From the NCBI GenBank assembly GCA_045128835.1, contig JBGVRX010000002.1, positions 44,145 through 108,144 on the forward strand: a stretch of 64,000 nucleotides of DNA. Direction: 5' to 3'. Below the pieces are notes generated by a model. That model worked only from the letters and a program-made list of their open reading frames with translations, did no database searches and was not told the DNA's origin. The first letter of the stretch is position 1. Each line of letters begins with the position of its first letter. Origin of the DNA: Bacilli bacterium. Lineage in GTDB: Bacteria; Bacillota_I; Bacilli_A; RFN20; DUOF01. Shown one piece after another: positions 40,298 through 50,539 of this stretch. A program made the translations under genes and the position numbers.

Positions 40298-41035
40298 ATG
40301 GAAAAAAATGAAAGAAAAAAATTAATAAAAAAATTAATAGCATCAGGTATTGGTTTGGCTGTTTTTTTGGTGCTTGTTTATATTGTTTTGAAAAAGTTGG
40401 GATTAACACAAATTAGTCAATCAGAAATGCAAGAAGCGATAAGTTCAACAGGAGCAATAGCACCTCTTATCTTTATTTTAGTAACTTTTTTACAGGTTAC
40501 ATTTATTCCTATTCCTAGTACAATTCCTATTATTGTTGGGTCTTATTTGTTTGGGCCTATTCTTGCTTTTATATATTCATATATTGGGTTAATGGTAGGT
40601 TCAATAGTAGCATTTTATTTAGGTAAAGCTTTAGGTAGACCTTTTATAAATTGGTTGTCTGGAGGTAAAGAAGAAACTGATAAATGGATGAAGAAATTGC
40701 ATGGGAAAGAAAAAATATTATTATTCTTTATGTTTTTGTTCCCTGTATTTCCAGATGATTTGTTATGTTCAATCGCCGGTATTTTGCCAATTAATTTCCC
40801 AACCTTTTTAATTATGCAAGTTTTAACTAGAGCTACTACAGTTGGATGTACTTTATTATTTATGAGCGGCGAGGTTATACCTTTTAATGCTTGGGGGATT
40901 TCTCTTATTGTATTAGCGGTTATTTTTTGCTTCTTTGCATTTATTTATTGTTTTAGAAATGCAGATAAGATTAATGATTATTTTAGTAAAATGTATAATA
41001 AAGTTTTTAAAAAAGAAGAAACTAAAAATAAATAG
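40298..41035 (+). CDS. DedA/TVP38/TMEM64 family membrane protein
   Basis: Multi-TM with the conserved F.P.FPDDLL....G motif. Confidence 0.7.
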   Translation: MEKNERKKLIKKLIASGIGLAVFLVLVYIVLKKLGLTQISQSEMQEAISSTGAIAPLIFILVTFLQVTFIPIPSTIPIIVGSYLFGPILAFIYSYIGLMVGSIVAFYLGKALGRPFINWLSGGKEETDKWMKKLHGKEKILLFFMFLFPVFPDDLLCSIAGILPINFPTFLIMQVLTRATTVGCTLLFMSGEVIPFNAWGISLIVLAVIFCFFAFIYCFRNADKINDYFSKMYNKVFKKEETKNK

Positions 41036-41045
41036 AATGAAGTAT

Positions 41046-41073
41046 AGAAGTCTAAAAAGACTTCTTTTTTTAT
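41046..41073 (+). terminator. rho-independent terminator
   Basis: agaagtct-aaaa-agacttct hairpin followed by a T8 run. Confidence 0.7.
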
Positions 41074-41100
41074 TAACAAAATTTTAGGCTGTGCTATAAT
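41073..41100 (+). promoter_or_regulatory. sigma-A promoter (-35 TTAACA, 16 nt, extended TGtgcTATAAT)
   Basis: Perfect TATAAT with an upstream TG; drives the small ORF and the ferritin-VIT1/ZIP genes. Confidence 0.5.
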
Positions 41101-41109
41101 CAAAATAAG

Positions 41110-41346
41110 GTGATGGATATGGAAAAGATAATTGAAGAAGTAACCGAGAAAATTATGAATTTAGAAATAGGTAATATTTTTACTTTGTCTTCATATTTTA
41201 GTGAGTATTCTTTAACAAGTAATGAAAAATTAAAGATTTCATTAAAAATTATTAATGATTTAAGAAAAAATGGATTAATAAAGGAAGTTAATGAAGAAGA
41301 AACTGTAGGTTTGATCTACAATATTCCATTCGTCATTATTGATTAA
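41110..41346 (+). CDS. hypothetical small protein
   Basis: 78-aa ORF. Confidence 0.3.
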   Translation: MMDMEKIIEEVTEKIMNLEIGNIFTLSSYFSEYSLTSNEKLKISLKIINDLRKNGLIKEVNEEETVGLIYNIPFVIID

Positions 41347-41360
41347 GAAGGAGGAAAAAC

Positions 41361-42236
41361 ATGAAAAAAGAATTATCTAGTAAAGCATTGTCTATTATAA
41401 AGAAGATGCAACAAAGCGAATTAACAGAAAGTGTTATTTATGAAAAAATAGCTAAGTTTGCTAAAGGAGAAGATAATAAGAAAACTTTACAACGTTTAGC
41501 AAAAGAAGAAAAGAGCCATTATGAAATTTGGAAGAGTTATACGGGTCTTGAAATGAAACCTCAAAAATTAAAGGTTTTAAAGTATACGATGATTGCTAGA
41601 GTATTTGGCTTTACTTTTGCAGTTAAATTAATGGAAAAAGGCGAAGAGAATGCTCAATCAGAATATGAGTTATTAGCACAAGAAGTTGAAGAAAGTATTG
41701 TTATAAGACAACAAGAAGAAGAGCATGAAAAAGCTTTACTTGAAATGCTTGATGAAGAAAGATTAAGATATGTAGGAAGTATGGTTCTAGGTCTTAACGA
41801 TGCTTTAGTTGAGTTAACTGGTTCTTTAGCTGGTTTTACATTTGCAATGCAAAATACAAAACTGATTGCTTTATCAGGGTTAATAATAGGAATATCAGCG
41901 ACTTTTTCAATGGCATCTAGTGAATTCTTGTCTGCAAGAAGTGAAGGAAGAACTGATGCATTTAAATCTTGTGCATATACAGGTATTGCTTATTTGATTA
42001 CTGTTGTTTTATTAATTGCACCTTATTTATTATTGAGTAATTATATGGTTGCTTTAGGATGCATGATTGGTATCGTTTTACTTATTATTACAGTATTTAC
42101 TTATTATACTTCTGTTGCTCAAGGTCAACCATTCAAATCAAGATTCTTAGAAATGGCTATAATTAGTGTTACTGTAGCAGTTGTTTCATTCGGTGTTGGT
42201 GTTTTAGCTAAACAATTATTTGGTGTAGATATTTAA
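41361..42236 (+). CDS. ferritin-like (rubrerythrin/ER) domain fused to a VIT1/CCC1 iron-manganese transporter domain
   Basis: N-terminal E..H ferritin-like helices (LAKEEKSHYEIW) and C-terminal TM helices of the VIT1 type. RBS aaggagga. Confidence 0.7.
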   Translation: MKKELSSKALSIIKKMQQSELTESVIYEKIAKFAKGEDNKKTLQRLAKEEKSHYEIWKSYTGLEMKPQKLKVLKYTMIARVFGFTFAVKLMEKGEENAQSEYELLAQEVEESIVIRQQEEEHEKALLEMLDEERLRYVGSMVLGLNDALVELTGSLAGFTFAMQNTKLIALSGLIIGISATFSMASSEFLSARSEGRTDAFKSCAYTGIAYLITVVLLIAPYLLLSNYMVALGCMIGIVLLIITVFTYYTSVAQGQPFKSRFLEMAIISVTVAVVSFGVGVLAKQLFGVDI

Positions 42237-42247
42237 GGTAATTTAGT

Positions 42248-43027
42248 ATGAGTACAATATTAGTTGGTATCACAATACCATTTTTAGGAACAATATTAGG
42301 ATCATTTTTAGTTTTCTTTTTAAAGAATACTTTAAGTGAAAAGATAGAAAAAATATTACTAGGATTTGCTGCAGGAGTAATGATGGCGGCTTCAGTTTGG
42401 TCATTAATAATTCCTTCAATTAATATGCCGGAAGGAATGGGAAATTTTTCTTTTGTTCCCGCAGCAGTAGGTTTTTTATTAGGTATATTTTTCTTGCTAA
42501 TACTTGATATTTATATACCTCATTTACATGTTAATAGCGAGGAACCAGAAGGTGTTAAGTCAAAATTAAAGAGAGCAACAATGCTTTTTATATCTGTTGC
42601 TTTACATAATATTCCAGAAGGTATGGCAGTAGGTGTTGTTTTAGCGGGAGCTTATTATGGAAATGCTTTAATTACGTTTACTGGTGCACTTACTTTGGCA
42701 ATAGGTATTGCAATTCAAAACTTTCCAGAAGGGGCAATTATATCTTTACCTTTAAAGAGTGAATGTGTATCTAAACCTAAATCGTTTTTATTAGGTGTGA
42801 TGTCAGGAATAGTAGAACCAATTGCTGCAATTATAACAATTTTACTTATTAAATATATAGAACCTATATTACCGTATTTATTATCATTTGCAGCTGGAGC
42901 AATGATTTATGTAGTTGTGGAGGAGTTAATTCCAGAATCACAAGCAAAAAAACATAGTAACTGGGCTACTATATCATTAGCGATAGGCTTTACTTTAATG
43001 ATGATATTAGATGTGGCTTTAGGATAA
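42248..43027 (+). CDS. zupT: ZIP-family zinc/metal transporter
   Basis: Two HNIPEG / NFPEG motifs in an 8-TM protein. Confidence 0.85.
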   Translation: MSTILVGITIPFLGTILGSFLVFFLKNTLSEKIEKILLGFAAGVMMAASVWSLIIPSINMPEGMGNFSFVPAAVGFLLGIFFLLILDIYIPHLHVNSEEPEGVKSKLKRATMLFISVALHNIPEGMAVGVVLAGAYYGNALITFTGALTLAIGIAIQNFPEGAIISLPLKSECVSKPKSFLLGVMSGIVEPIAAIITILLIKYIEPILPYLLSFAAGAMIYVVVEELIPESQAKKHSNWATISLAIGFTLMMILDVALG

Positions 43028-43032
43028 AACAA

Positions 43033-43058
43033 AAAAAGGACTTAGGTCCTTTTTATTT
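43033..43058. terminator. Bidirectional terminator
   Basis: aggac-ttag-gtcct stem flanked by an A7 run and a T5 run. Confidence 0.6.
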
Positions 43059-43754
43059 TACTAAAGTTACAAATATTATTTTATCGTTATTAGTGCCTAT
43101 TACATATTCTTCATTTTCTTGTTTTATTAGTGAAACAGTTATCTCATCATTAAGTTTACTTTCATTAATAAAGTTTATTTCAAAATGAGATATAGTTTTT
43201 CTTTCACAAGCGTTTAATACTAAATTAGCGTAGTTAGTATTATTCATATGTTGATTTTGGTCTAAATCACTGAATTGGACTTTATGGTTAAACATAAAGT
43301 TTTTTTCTTCATTAGGAAGAATTATTTTATTGAATTTATCAGTATAGTTTATATCAGGGAATATTTCTCCGATATAATTAATGTTATCAGTTCTTTCAAG
43401 CATTCTAGTACTACTATTTATAACACACCATTTAGAAGTGCCAATAATTAGAACTTCTCCCTCTTTACTAGATATTTTCATATCTCTATCAAAATCAATT
43501 CTTCCTTTTTCATGAGGCCAAGTTTCTACGATTACTTCTTCATTTATTTTAGGCATTCTTAGAATATCAAATTTAACTCTACTTAGAACCCAATATAGAT
43601 TTTTAGAAAGCATTGATTCGTATCCAACACCTATTTCTTCACCATGAATAGATGCGACATCTTGAAATATTTCAAGTATTGATTTAGCTGTTAAGTTATT
43701 ATTTATATCAAAATGACTATTATATAAAGTCATTGTAGTTTTGTATTTTAACAT
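43053..43754 (-). CDS. acyl-ACP thioesterase family protein
   Basis: Tandem hotdog-domain pattern (YWVLSRV...; second half with NQHMNN). Confidence 0.6.
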   Translation of the reverse strand: MLKYKTTMTLYNSHFDINNNLTAKSILEIFQDVASIHGEEIGVGYESMLSKNLYWVLSRVKFDILRMPKINEEVIVETWPHEKGRIDFDRDMKISSKEGEVLIIGTSKWCVINSSTRMLERTDNINYIGEIFPDINYTDKFNKIILPNEEKNFMFNHKVQFSDLDQNQHMNNTNYANLVLNACERKTISHFEINFINESKLNDEITVSLIKQENEEYVIGTNNDKIIFVTLVK

Positions 43755-43765
43755 TTTATATCTCC

Positions 43766-44173
43766 TTATCTATTTTTAGTTTTTTTGGTTTCTAGTTCAT
43801 TCATTTTTAAATTGCATTTATAAATTTCAGTGTCATAGCCATCTTTATAAATAGAATACCCATGTTTTTCATAAAAGGATTTAACAACATCTCCTTCTTC
43901 ATCGTGAGGGTAGAACTTGCCTTCAACTACTTTAATGTAATGTTCTATGCAATCGTTTTCAAATAATTTAAGAAGCATTGATCCAATTCCTTTAGTTCTA
44001 TATTCTTTATTTACAACAATATTATTTAGCCAAACTTTACCACTGCGTTTAAATTTATAATTAATGAAACCTACTATTTCATTATTATCTATTGCTTCGA
44101 TTTGAATATAATCATCTTTTTCTTTTCTTTCAAATTTCATAATTTCACCTTGCTTGCTTTTAATTATAATCAA
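43766..44173 (-). CDS. GNAT family N-acetyltransferase
   Basis: V..EYRTKGIGS.LL acetyl-CoA binding motif. Confidence 0.75.
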   Translation of the reverse strand: MIIIKSKQGEIMKFERKEKDDYIQIEAIDNNEIVGFINYKFKRSGKVWLNNIVVNKEYRTKGIGSMLLKLFENDCIEHYIKVVEGKFYPHDEEGDVVKSFYEKHGYSIYKDGYDTEIYKCNLKMNELETKKTKNR

Positions 44174-44268
44174 ATTTATTGATTTTGAAATTATTTTTTA
44201 TTCAAAAAATTGTTATAGCTATAAATAATCTATACAATATAAGTATTATGTATTAAGGAGGGTTTGTT

Positions 44269-45681
44269 TTGGAAAATAAACTAGAGAAAAAGTATGGCTT
44301 ATTTATGGCCATATGTATGGTAATTGGAATTGTTATTGGTTCTGGTATTTTCTTTAAGGCTCAAGATATTCTTGTAGATACTGGAGGAAATATGTTGATT
44401 GGGGTTTTAGCATTCTTAATTGGTGGAGTTGTAATGATTATTTGTGCTTTATCATTTGCAAACTTTGCTTCTAAATATGAAAAAGTTAATGGGATTGTAG
44501 ATTATGCAGAAGCGATAGTAGGAAAGAAGTATGCTTATTTTGTAGGTTGGTTTGTTAGTATTATTTATTTTCCTGCGATGACCTCTGTTTTAGCGTGGGT
44601 TAGTGCTAGATATACGCTTGTTTTGTTTGGTAGTAGTGATATTACTGGAGGTTTGTGTCTAGCTCTTGCTTGTATGTATTTAATTATGGCTTATGCACTT
44701 AATGTTTTGTCTCCAAAGTTAGCAGGTAAATTTCATGTTTCTTCAACTATTATAAAATTAATTCCTATTTCAATTATGATAGTAGTAGGCACAATAATTG
44801 GGTTAATAAACGGAAATACTGTTAATGCCTTTAGTGAAGCATCATCTAGTGGTTCTGTTAGATTTGATTCAATATTTTCAGCAATAGTAGCAGCTTCGTT
44901 TGCTTATGAAGGTTGGATCATTGCAACGACAATTAACTCAGAATTAAAGGATTCAAAAAAGAATCTTCCTAAGGCTTTAGTTATTGGAACTCTTATTATT
45001 ATTGTTGTATATACTTTATATTTTATATCTTTAACAGGCGGTGCAAATACTGAGACATTAATGAATAAAGGCGCTACTACAGCATTTACTAATTTATTTG
45101 GTTCAATAGGAGGAACAATACTTAATGCCTTTATTGTTATTTCTTGTTGGGGAACTTTAAATGGTTTAATGCTTGGATGTACTAGAGGGGTTTATTCATT
45201 GGCTGTTCGTGGATTAGGGCCTAAACCTAAAACTTTGGCAAATGTAGATGAGAACACTAATATGCCTGCGAATGCTGGTGTCGTAGCAGTTCTTGCTTGT
45301 GCTTGTTGGTTGTTCTATTTTGTAGGAGCAAATTTAGTAGAAAATCCTATTTTTGGAGTATTTAGTTTTGATTCATCAGAACTTCCAATTGTAACTACTT
45401 ATGCAGTTTATTTACCTATTTTTATTATGTTTATTATTAAAGAAGGTAAAAAAGATAAATTGAAAAATATGGTGCTTCCTATAGTTGGATGTATTTGTTG
45501 TGTGTTTATGATATTTGCTGCGATATATTCTCATGGGGTTGTTCCTTATTTAGAAGCTAAAGAAAATGGAACATTCGCATTCCCAATATTATTTTATTTA
45601 ATATTATTCGTTGTTATCATGGGAATTGGATTGTTATTTAATATAAAGAAAAATAAAACAGAAAAAGAAAAGGACAATTAA
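44269..45681 (+). CDS. APC-family amino acid permease
   Basis: 12 TM with the GSGIF motif in TM1. TTG start with RBS aaggaggg. Confidence 0.8.
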   Translation: MENKLEKKYGLFMAICMVIGIVIGSGIFFKAQDILVDTGGNMLIGVLAFLIGGVVMIICALSFANFASKYEKVNGIVDYAEAIVGKKYAYFVGWFVSIIYFPAMTSVLAWVSARYTLVLFGSSDITGGLCLALACMYLIMAYALNVLSPKLAGKFHVSSTIIKLIPISIMIVVGTIIGLINGNTVNAFSEASSSGSVRFDSIFSAIVAASFAYEGWIIATTINSELKDSKKNLPKALVIGTLIIIVVYTLYFISLTGGANTETLMNKGATTAFTNLFGSIGGTILNAFIVISCWGTLNGLMLGCTRGVYSLAVRGLGPKPKTLANVDENTNMPANAGVVAVLACACWLFYFVGANLVENPIFGVFSFDSSELPIVTTYAVYLPIFIMFIIKEGKKDKLKNMVLPIVGCICCVFMIFAAIYSHGVVPYLEAKENGTFAFPILFYLILFVVIMGIGLLFNIKKNKTEKEKDN

Positions 45682-45697
45682 AATGTCCTTTTTTTCT
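45669..45697 (+). terminator. rho-independent terminator
   Basis: aaggaca-attaaaa-tgtcctt hairpin followed by a T6 run. Confidence 0.65.
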
Positions 45698-46131
45698 TAC
45701 ATTAATCCAATCATGAATCCTATAATGAAACCAACTATAATTGCAATTAGTAAAACATTTGATCCTTTTTTCTTTCCTTCATTTCTGTTTTCTAATGCTT
45801 CAAAGTCTGTGTTGTTATTGAAACGGAAAGCATTTCCTGCTGATAAACTAAATTTAGGTTTACCGCTCAAATAAATATCTTCAGTTCCTGCGGGAATTTT
45901 ATACATTTCATTACAATACTCTTTACTCATTTTATCGGCAATTACAAATATTTTTGCTTCAGTATCGTCGATTGTAAAAGTTGATTCTTGTCCGTTTTTT
46001 AATTCTCCTAGTTTACGACAAGGTGTGCCTTTAATAGTAAGTTCATTACTTTTAATATCTTCGATGTAAACTTTGAATTTACCTAGACACGCAACAAATG
46101 TCTTCTCTCTTTTAATTGTTAAATTTCTCAT
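45697..46131 (-). CDS. hypothetical tail-anchored protein (C-terminal TM)
   Basis: 144 aa; the C-terminus VLLIAIIVGFIIGFMIGLM is a single TM. Confidence 0.4.
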   Translation of the reverse strand: MRNLTIKREKTFVACLGKFKVYIEDIKSNELTIKGTPCRKLGELKNGQESTFTIDDTEAKIFVIADKMSKEYCNEMYKIPAGTEDIYLSGKPKFSLSAGNAFRFNNNTDFEALENRNEGKKKGSNVLLIAIIVGFIIGFMIGLM

Positions 46132-46298
46132 TTTTAGTCCTCCTATAAGTTATTCATAATTAAATTATAGTACAAAATTTACAATATTCCAGTTTTTTTC
46201 ACATAATTCAAACTTCCTTTTTAAGAGTCATATAAATAAAAAAAAGTGAGTGCTAGAATAATTTCATAGTTAGTTAGTGAAAAACGGAGGGGTTATTT

Positions 46299-47984
46299 AT
46301 GAAAAGGCGTGGCTTTATACGAGTAGTATTAGTTTTGTTATTTGCATTAGTTATATCGGCTTGTTCGTTGCAGAAGGATCAAAATATTAAATCAATTGCA
46401 ATTAATGAGAAATCAATCCCTGAGTTTGTTTTAATAGGTGAATTTGATAAAGCAGGAATTGAAGCTTTAGTTACCTATGAAGATGGCACTCAAGAGACAA
46501 TTGAAGTAAATTCAAATCTTTTAAAAGATGCTTATCAAGAGCAAATAAATAAAGCTGGTGAATATGAGTTTGAAATTTTATTTAGAGGACAATCAGCTAA
46601 ATTTAAAGTTAAAATAGTAGATGCAGAAGGAGCACATGTTGTCAAATTCTTTAATGGTTTTAACGAACTAGTTTCAATGCAACTTGTAAAACATGGAGAA
46701 GCGGCTAAGGCTCCAGAAGGAGCAGCGCATCTTTTAAAGGGTTATGAGTTTGTTGGATGGGATAGAAAGTTTGAAAATGTTAGAGAAGATATTGAGGTTT
46801 ATGGTATATACGCTAAGGTTGATGAAGCAGAAAATGAGCAAGAAGAAAATATGGAATTTAGAAATGAATTGTTTGCTGCAGTAGAAAATATGAGAGATGG
46901 CAATGTAAATGTTTTAGAAGTATGGGAATCAGTAGCTAAACGTTTTGAAAAGAGTTTAGTTTATGGTGATAATCATGAGTTAATGCATGTAGTAAAGAAG
47001 GAAATAAATGATGATAGAGAAGTAATATATCATAAGTATTCTAAGCAACTTAGTGAAACTGCAAATATTAAATATTATTATGAAAAGTTTGATGAGGATG
47101 GATTCTATACTAAAGTAGAAACATTTGTAGATGAATTTGATCAATATGATATATATGCAGCAGTAAAGAAAATAGTATCTTCTACAGATATGTTAAATTA
47201 CTCTGTAATGCATACAGCAGAGGAGAAGATTTATAAGTTAGAAGCCGTAATTCCAAATCGTGGAGATGGAAATTATAAAAGCGAACAAATCGAAATCTTA
47301 TTTAATGAAAATCAAATTATATCATTAAAGAGATTCTTGAATTATCCTAATACAACAGGAATTATTGAAAAAGTATTATCAACATCACAATACTTTGAAA
47401 TTAATGTAGAAGAGCCTGTAGTATTTCCAAAAGATATTGATTTAGGAAAGATAGTAGGAAGCGTATTCAATCATGATGTAGGAATTTATGTATATGAACT
47501 TAGAGATGAATTTGTGTTAGTAAAAACAATTAAAAATGATGCTGATAATAGAGCAGCTAGAATTATTGAAGGAAATGAAATGAACTTCATGTGGGACAAG
47601 GATGTTGCTACTTACTATACTAAAAAAGTTCAAGATGTAGGAATGGAGATTGTAAGAGTTTTTAAAACAACTAATTCGGAAGAAAGATATGGAAATATGT
47701 TCTACTATGAATGGAAGAACTTAGCTAACTATCAACCATCAATTAGTTTAGATGAACAAGGAAGAATTGAAGTGATGTTTAGGGTTGGAGAAACTAGTAG
47801 TTCAAGAGCTCATAATGTTGTATTCATTATAGAAAATAATAGATTAGTAGAATTTGAAAAACATCATTATGAGGCAAATGAAAAAGTTGTAACAGAGAGA
47901 ATGGAATTACATTATGCAGAGACAGAGGTAGAAGTTCCTCAAGAATACATTAATAGTGAACCAAATGCTCATGTGGAACAATAA
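46299..47984 (+). CDS. lipoprotein of unknown function
   Basis: Signal peptide with lipobox ISAC. 561 aa. Confidence 0.5.
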   Translation: MKRRGFIRVVLVLLFALVISACSLQKDQNIKSIAINEKSIPEFVLIGEFDKAGIEALVTYEDGTQETIEVNSNLLKDAYQEQINKAGEYEFEILFRGQSAKFKVKIVDAEGAHVVKFFNGFNELVSMQLVKHGEAAKAPEGAAHLLKGYEFVGWDRKFENVREDIEVYGIYAKVDEAENEQEENMEFRNELFAAVENMRDGNVNVLEVWESVAKRFEKSLVYGDNHELMHVVKKEINDDREVIYHKYSKQLSETANIKYYYEKFDEDGFYTKVETFVDEFDQYDIYAAVKKIVSSTDMLNYSVMHTAEEKIYKLEAVIPNRGDGNYKSEQIEILFNENQIISLKRFLNYPNTTGIIEKVLSTSQYFEINVEEPVVFPKDIDLGKIVGSVFNHDVGIYVYELRDEFVLVKTIKNDADNRAARIIEGNEMNFMWDKDVATYYTKKVQDVGMEIVRVFKTTNSEERYGNMFYYEWKNLANYQPSISLDEQGRIEVMFRVGETSSSRAHNVVFIIENNRLVEFEKHHYEANEKVVTERMELHYAETEVEVPQEYINSEPNAHVEQ

Positions 47985-47999
47985 ATAAAATACTAATGA

Positions 48000-48026
48000 A
48001 AGGGGTGCATTGCACCTCTTTTTTTA
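48000..48026 (+). terminator. rho-independent terminator
   Basis: aggggtgc-att-gcacctct hairpin followed by a T7 run. Confidence 0.7.
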
Positions 48027-48074
48027 GTTGAAACTTGATGGCGGTTATTATATAATTTTTTTGGAGATGATGGT

Positions 48075-48449
48075 ATGAGAGTATATTTATTACTAGAAGA
48101 AGTAAAACAATATGTAGAAGGTGCACTTGCTTATTTAAATGAGCAAAAAAGAAATTATACATATGAAGAGATTGTTGCTTTAGAAAGCAGAGCACAAGAA
48201 AAGTATAGTACTCTATATAAAAAGAAGGCATTTAAATCATCAATAACGGCGTTAGAAGGAAGAAGAATAACTTCATTGCATTCTAAATATATAATATTAA
48301 ATTATTTGAAAACGATCATGGAAACACTAGATGTAAGTAATACATCAGAAATTAAAAATATAGATATAGACGATTTAAGCTTAAAAATTTTTGAAAAAAC
48401 AGATAAACTTGGTTATTCAAAATATTTAGAATCAAAGAATAAAAGATAA
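48075..48449 (+). CDS. hypothetical protein
   Basis: 124-aa ORF. Confidence 0.35.
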   Translation: MRVYLLLEEVKQYVEGALAYLNEQKRNYTYEEIVALESRAQEKYSTLYKKKAFKSSITALEGRRITSLHSKYIILNYLKTIMETLDVSNTSEIKNIDIDDLSLKIFEKTDKLGYSKYLESKNKR

Positions 48450-48463
48450 AGAGGACAAAATAA

Positions 48464-48486
48464 AAACCACGATTGTGGTTTTTTTT
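48464..48486. terminator. Bidirectional terminator
   Basis: aaaccac-gatt-gtggttt hairpin followed by a T9 run, with an A-run upstream. Confidence 0.65.
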
Positions 48487-48487
48487 A

Positions 48488-49138
48488 TTATATTTCGTTA
48501 TTTAATACGCTTGTTACTAGTTTAGTAATATGTTTAGCGTTATCTACATAGAAAGCGTTCATTCCTAAGTGTCTAGCAGGTGTTAAATCTGATTCAACAC
48601 TATCACCGAATACATAAACATCGTGAGGATGAGCATTTTCTTTCTTTACAATTTCTTCATAATAATGTTGTTTTGATGGATCTTCTTTTTTGAATTCGTT
48701 ACCAATTACTTTTTTAAACCATTTAGTATTAACATTAATTTTATCCATATAATAATAGATATGTTTTAAAGAAGAATTACTTACAACATATACAGAATAA
48801 TTCGAACATAATTCTTCCATGAATTTACTATCTACGATTTGATTTGTATCAATAACTATGTCATAAATGAAATCATTTTGCCAATTATAGAAATCATCGA
48901 TTGTGATATTCATTTCTTTGTATTTTTTCATTAATCTAATCATACAGCGAACAATATCGTTTCCTGTAGTAGCACTTAACCATCTAGGGTTTTCTTTACA
49001 TATTATTTCATATTGTTCATCTGATAAATGAGCTAAAAATTGTCTTCTGTTATCTTCGATATTTTTTGTTACCTTATCAAATTTGTGTTCACCAGAATAA
49101 AATGTTCCATCAAAATCAAAAATAAAAACTTTTTTCAT
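48488..49138 (-). CDS. HAD-superfamily hydrolase
   Basis: Motif I FIFDFDGTFY (DxDGT) and motif IV GDSxxD. Confidence 0.7.
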   Translation of the reverse strand: MKKVFIFDFDGTFYSGEHKFDKVTKNIEDNRRQFLAHLSDEQYEIICKENPRWLSATTGNDIVRCMIRLMKKYKEMNITIDDFYNWQNDFIYDIVIDTNQIVDSKFMEELCSNYSVYVVSNSSLKHIYYYMDKINVNTKWFKKVIGNEFKKEDPSKQHYYEEIVKKENAHPHDVYVFGDSVESDLTPARHLGMNAFYVDNAKHITKLVTSVLNNEI

Positions 49139-49277
49139 ATAATACCTCTTTTAATCTTTACATATTTTTGATTTTAAAGACATTATTATTAAAAGTCAAT
49201 TAATGAAGGTGTTAAAAACTAAATAAATACTATATATCATTAAAGAGTAATGATATAATTAAATTAAGGTGATTAAA

Positions 49278-50492
49278 ATGATTAAGTATGAAACACTCAA
49301 AAAAATTAGTGATGAAATAGATGATTTAGAGTCTAGTATTTATGATTTAGAACGCGAAAAAAGATACTTAGAAAATGATAAAAGAGAGGCTGAAGGCGTA
49401 TCTAACATAGGTATGGCTACAATGGCTGTTAATATGACTGTTGGACTTTCTTCAAAAATGGTAGCAGATAATAAGGTAAGAGAACTTGAAAGTAAAATTG
49501 ATAAAATAAAAGATAAAATATATGAAACTGAAAAACTTTTATCAAAAAGAAAAACAGAATATCGTGATGCTTTAAAGGAATGGGAAGAAGAAAGAAAAGA
49601 GGCGGAACTTGTAATAGATGGTGATAATATCTATATAAAAGGTGATAAAGATAAAAAAGATGTTTTAGAGTCTGTGAAGAGTGTTCGTGAAAATAGAAAA
49701 AATAGATATAATGAGATTAAAAAAAATAAAGATGTTATGGACTATGTAGATGCTAGAATAGAACTTATTCAAGAATTTGAAGATAGAGGGTTCTGTCATA
49801 AAACAGATACTTTTAAATCTGATTTTTATAAAGATTTTTTGAGAATTGCAAATTATGTTAGTTTCTCTTGTCAAGATGAAATAGAGGGCTATTATGTTCC
49901 AAAATCAGGTTTTGATAAAGAACTAATTACTGTTTTGAAAAATAGAATTGCTATTTGCGAAGATAACATTGCAAATCAAAAGAAAACATATGAAAGATTA
50001 ACTCCTGGATTTTTTGGAAATTTGTTTAAGGCTGCATATAACAAAAAGTATATGAAGGTTAAATCTTTAGCGGAACACGAAATCTCTTGTCAAAAACTAA
50101 AAATTGCGGAATATGAAAGAGAAATAAAGGCTGTTTTAGACTTTAAAGAGAAATATCCTCAAGTTTATGATGAAAAACTTAATAAATTAATTAAGGACTA
50201 TGAAAATAAGAGAAATACATTAGATGAAAAAGGTGAGTTACATCTTGCTAGAGAGATTGTAGAAATTGTAAAAGGATTAAAGGAAAATCGTTGTATAGTT
50301 CATAAAGGTGTTTTCTTGCCTTATGAAGTAAAACAATATTTACTTGAGAATAATTTGTCGTTATCAAAAGAAAATCTTGTTGCATGTATGGATAAAATGG
50401 ATCAATTAGATAATGAGATAAAGAAGGATGTAAAAAATATTTTGGAAGATGAAGGTGGATATACACCTTTAAATCAGGTAAAGAAAAGATAG
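49278..50492 (+). CDS. hypothetical coiled-coil protein
   Basis: Lys/Glu-rich heptad-like sequence. RBS aaggtga precedes the ATG at 49278. Confidence 0.45.
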   Translation: MIKYETLKKISDEIDDLESSIYDLEREKRYLENDKREAEGVSNIGMATMAVNMTVGLSSKMVADNKVRELESKIDKIKDKIYETEKLLSKRKTEYRDALKEWEEERKEAELVIDGDNIYIKGDKDKKDVLESVKSVRENRKNRYNEIKKNKDVMDYVDARIELIQEFEDRGFCHKTDTFKSDFYKDFLRIANYVSFSCQDEIEGYYVPKSGFDKELITVLKNRIAICEDNIANQKKTYERLTPGFFGNLFKAAYNKKYMKVKSLAEHEISCQKLKIAEYEREIKAVLDFKEKYPQVYDEKLNKLIKDYENKRNTLDEKGELHLAREIVEIVKGLKENRCIVHKGVFLPYEVKQYLLENNLSLSKENLVACMDKMDQLDNEIKKDVKNILEDEGGYTPLNQVKKR

Positions 50493-50504
50493 AGAGTAGT
50501 AGAT

Positions 50505-50533
50505 TTGCAAAAAAAATAAAGATATGATATAAT
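50505..50533 (+). promoter_or_regulatory. Near-consensus sigma-A promoter (-35 TTGCAA, 17 nt, -10 TATAAT) driving the large ncRNA locus
   Basis: ttgcaa-N17-tataat. No ORF lies downstream for >600 nt. Confidence 0.55.
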
Positions 50534-50539
50534 ACCAAA

